64,000 nt of DNA from NCBI RefSeq assembly GCF_000002075.1, contig NW_004797591.1, positions 526,392 to 590,391 on the forward strand. Direction: 5' to 3'. Below are positions 61,051 through 64,000 of the stretch, piece after piece. The DNA is from Aplysia californica. Lineage: Eukaryota. Made by a program: the position numbers and the translations under genes. Below the pieces are notes generated by a model that saw only the letters and a program-made list of their open reading frames with translations, searched no databases and was not told the origin of the DNA. How positions within the stretch are numbered: the stretch's first letter is position 1; each line of letters begins with the position of its first letter.

Positions 61051-63578
61051 AAGTGTTTTTGTTTTGTGCCATTATACCTTGTTTTGTTTGTTTACATGGA
61101 TCCTTTCAGTCAGTGCTCCTTTTCGTCTTTGTAGCGTCTATCGCGATCCTCCGACAAAGTTCAGGGGTTGGGAAATTTTTTCACTGGGAGCCCTGCTACA
61201 GGACCTGAGCTCCCTTGGGATAAATGCAAGGTGTCCCCCGCTGCATGCTGAGGCTCATGTTGATGTAGAACAAGGGCACACTGGGACATGTGGTAGGAGT
61301 CTATAGACTAAAGAATTAAGCTGTGAGGTGAACTTTGGTACTTTGATTTGCCCTGTGAACTAGACATAGACCTGCATGTTTGCCGACAATCGTCTGAAAT
61401 CCGAAAATCGCGACCCGACCCGCGAGCCGACTGATGCTGTCGCTAGGCCCACCTGTATCAGTCAATGTGCGTTGTGTGAGGCCTGGCCGACTGCCAGCGC
61501 CCCCTTTTTCTCCCATCGGCTTTGTTGGCACTTTCGTTTTCTTGCCGGCGTCGGCGTTTCCGACATAATTGTCGGAACCTGAGTAGTAGACGAGTACGAC
61601 GACCTAAATAATCTACTTTCAGTTTCGCACTCGAGCGGCCATTTTGAATTTCGTTTGTTTACTGATAGTTCAGATCATGTGGATTTTTTCGAGTCTGACT
61701 CACTTGTTCTACTTGATCTAGATCTAGTTTTATAGATCATTATAGACCTCAATGGAGGATTCATATTCCAATTCTATTGTGTCAAACCTTGTTATAGGTT
61801 GTGCTGTAATATTTATGTTGGTAAAACGCATTTCATCAGGTGCGTGAATTATTTACTTAGAATAAAGATCTAATCTTTATCTAGATTCTAGATCTAGACT
61901 CAGCTGAGTCCATCTGTTTGGAATCGGATGCGGATTTCTCGTTCAAGGCCTATTCCTATTCACTTGTTCTACAAGATCTAGATCTAGATCTAGATTTATT
62001 TAGATCACTAGATCTATAATATAACAAGATCTAGATCTATATGGAGGATTCATATTCCTATTCTATGTATTATTGTATCAAACTCTTTTTATAGTGCAGC
62101 AATGTAGGCTTGTTTGTTTTGGAGTGTGCTTTTTATTTTTTTAAATATAAAAAAACGAACTTGTGCTGACCTTTTTACATGAGGGCTGTTGCAGGTTCTT
62201 TTTTGGGTTAGACCTAGTGTTTGGGTTAGGGTTAGGTCTCTTCTTTATTGTCTTTGTTCAGGTGGTCGCTCGTTACTCGGAAGTCCTTTCTTTTATGACA
62301 CCCACNNNNNNNNNNNNNNNNNNNNNNNNNNNNNNNNNNNNNNNNNNNNNNNNNNNNNNNNNNNNNNNNNNNNNNNNNNNNNNNNNNNNNNNNNNNNNNN
62401 NNNNNAGAGAGAGAGAGAGAGAGAATGTCTTAAGGAGCGGGTTGTTCCAGCACGTGAGACATATATTTACTAATGTCCTGTCTTGTTGTGGGTATGCGTG
62501 GGACCACCTAACCGTTGTAACGTCTACTGCCATTGTTAACGACCAAGACAAACTTCTCCCTGTGAGATGAATAAAGACTGACATTGTCATTGTCATTGTC
62601 AAAAACCAACACACGAAATTGTTCAGTATTGACAGGAAACCCACAGGTTTTCTTATAATATATGATCGTTGTATGCACAAGGGGGCTATCCCGAAAAATG
62701 CTGTTTCGACAAAATCGAAAGTAAAGTTTTTGCCCCTTGTTCAGTTTCTTTGAAAGTCAAAGACAGTTATCTCTATAACCAAACAAATATACACACAAAT
62801 GAAACCAAACTTCTCCTATGGGTAGGGCAATGCCATAGATTTGCACCTCTAGGCACTAGGTTTAAAAAGGAGATCACTCTATAGGCAATGCCCACTTTTG
62901 GTGTAGGTCAAGATTTCTGGAAACCCCCGAAATCTGGGTTAGCCCGCTTGTCCTTAAAAAAGCGACCATAATATGTATAACGGGGAAACATACCGGCACT
63001 TCAAACATTAATCCCAAAGCACAGTAGAGAAACTTATTTTTTTTGGGGGGGGGGGGTGCGCAAAATTTTCAGACAATCTGGTTGAGGCTCACATGCAGGT
63101 CTATAGCCAAGGGACGTCAAAAGAATGTTAAGTCATGCATCACTGATGCCGATTTAAAAAGTATGTCTCTACCGTGCTGTCGCTATGGCCATGTTGCCAT
63201 TTATTGCTCAAGTAATGAATATGCCATTCATTGTTCGTTTATATTTCTTTACTGAAGATGGAATGAGGAGGTTGGGGTAGGAAATATTTTCATGTCTGGC
63301 GTTTTGTGTCACTGAAAGGTCCTTGATTTGTGTTCTTTTTTTTTGGTTTAATTGCAGGCATGATGATGTCCAGCCTTCTTTTGGTGAAAATGCAAGAAAT
63401 TGGATAATGGAACTTCATTCTCCAAGATTCAGACAAGTGGTTTAGATACTTTTGCAAAACTGTTATTTATCAAAAGTGATGTGGGTCTAAAGCAGCAATG
63501 TGATATCACAAATACTTGAATTGGAGGGCTGTGGCAGCCTCATTCTTTTTTTCTTGCTTTTATGCTAAAACTGACATC

Positions 63579-64000
63579 ATGGTAAAGGAAGCAGACAAAA
63601 GCATAGAAGTGAATTCCACTTATCTAGAGTGGATCTTGGAAGCTGTGCATAAGATTAAGCACCAAAAACAGAGACCTAATCAAGAACGGATAGTTAGTGC
63701 TATTCGTCAGAATCATCAAGTGTCAGAAGATTCTATTGAGGAACAACTTGAATTAGCTGTCAAGTGTGGTCAAATTCTTCGTGTGATAAGTAATAATGAC
63801 TACACCTACAAAGACCCAGCATTAAGCGCTACACCTAGTAGAGCAAAAGCTGTTAATGTTGGAAAAAAACCGGAATTAATCAAAGCTGTGATACAATGTT
63901 TGAAAGAATCAAGAGATTCCAAAGGACTCACAATAAAAGCTATAGAGAAATACATTATCTCCAAGAACAATGCAAAAGGCAATGGTGCTGCAGAACTGAC
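63579..64000 (+). CDS. KAT6A: KAT6A/KAT6B-family (MOZ/MORF, enok) MYST histone acetyltransferase, first coding exon (two winged-helix domains), truncated by window end
   Basis: Open frame MVKEADKSIEVNSTYLEWILEAVHKIKHQKQRPNQERIVSAIRQNHQVSEDSIEEQLELAVKCGQILRVISNNDYTYKDP...LIKAVIQCLKESRDSKGLTIKAIEKYI. It matches the KAT6 N-terminus (MVK..Y.EWILEA..K.K.QKQRP..ERI...EQLEL.VK.G.IL.V...YKDP) followed by an H15-like domain. Probable acceptor ttgcag| at 63357. Likely a single co-ortholog of vertebrate KAT6A and KAT6B. Confidence 0.92.
   Translation, partial: MVKEADKSIEVNSTYLEWILEAVHKIKHQKQRPNQERIVSAIRQNHQVSEDSIEEQLELAVKCGQILRVISNNDYTYKDPALSATPSRAKAVNVGKKPELIKAVIQCLKESRDSKGLTIKAIEKYIISKNNAKGNGAAEL

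Noticed and set aside
61400-61650. CpG-rich patch with YY1-like GCGGCCATTTTG and an inverted repeat TTCCGACA-TAAT-TGTCGGAA, as an alternative KAT6 promoter
   Set aside because: No convincing splice donor nearby and it could be a transposon end; cannot be decided from sequence alone.
62223-62236. GGGTTAGGGTTAGG telomere-like repeat
   Set aside because: Only two units, too short to call an interstitial telomeric array.

Overview
Animal genomic scaffold with many N gaps. A gastropod mollusc or other lophotrochozoan is inferred from the repeat content but not proven. Two genes lie head-to-head. (1) On the minus strand is diacylglycerol kinase epsilon (DGKE), with seven coding exons located by hand: 44815-44135, 43809-43666, 43028-42883, 42438-42384, 41807-41694, 32814-32743 and 5637-5507. 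All junctions are GT-AG and phase-compatible, and the last exons were not found (probably left of the window). The gene has introns of about 8.9 kb and 27 kb, and a probable non-coding first exon ending at 53913. (2) On the plus strand is the first coding exon of a KAT6A/KAT6B (MOZ/MORF, enok) histone acetyltransferase from ATG 63579. It runs off the window and is absent from the ORF track. The rest is intronic or intergenic and rich in repeats. These include two tRNA-headed SINE families and a ~170-bp retroposed element with a fixed 5' end and no recognisable tRNA head; its 3' stem-loop covaries with that of one tRNA-SINE. There are also CR1, Rex1/L2-group, RTE and RNase H-bearing LINE fragments (several nested, with TSDs), a DD41D-type Tc1/mariner relic, MITEs and microsatellites. 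Best leads are the headless SINE and its shared 3' hairpin, a uORF-packed KAT6 leader with an overlapping uORF, TAG-NN-CTA palindromes clustered in the divergent promoter interval, and a CpG-content switch inside DGKE. No prokaryote-type system (CRISPR, operon) is present, and most ORF-track entries are artefacts of gaps or microsatellites.
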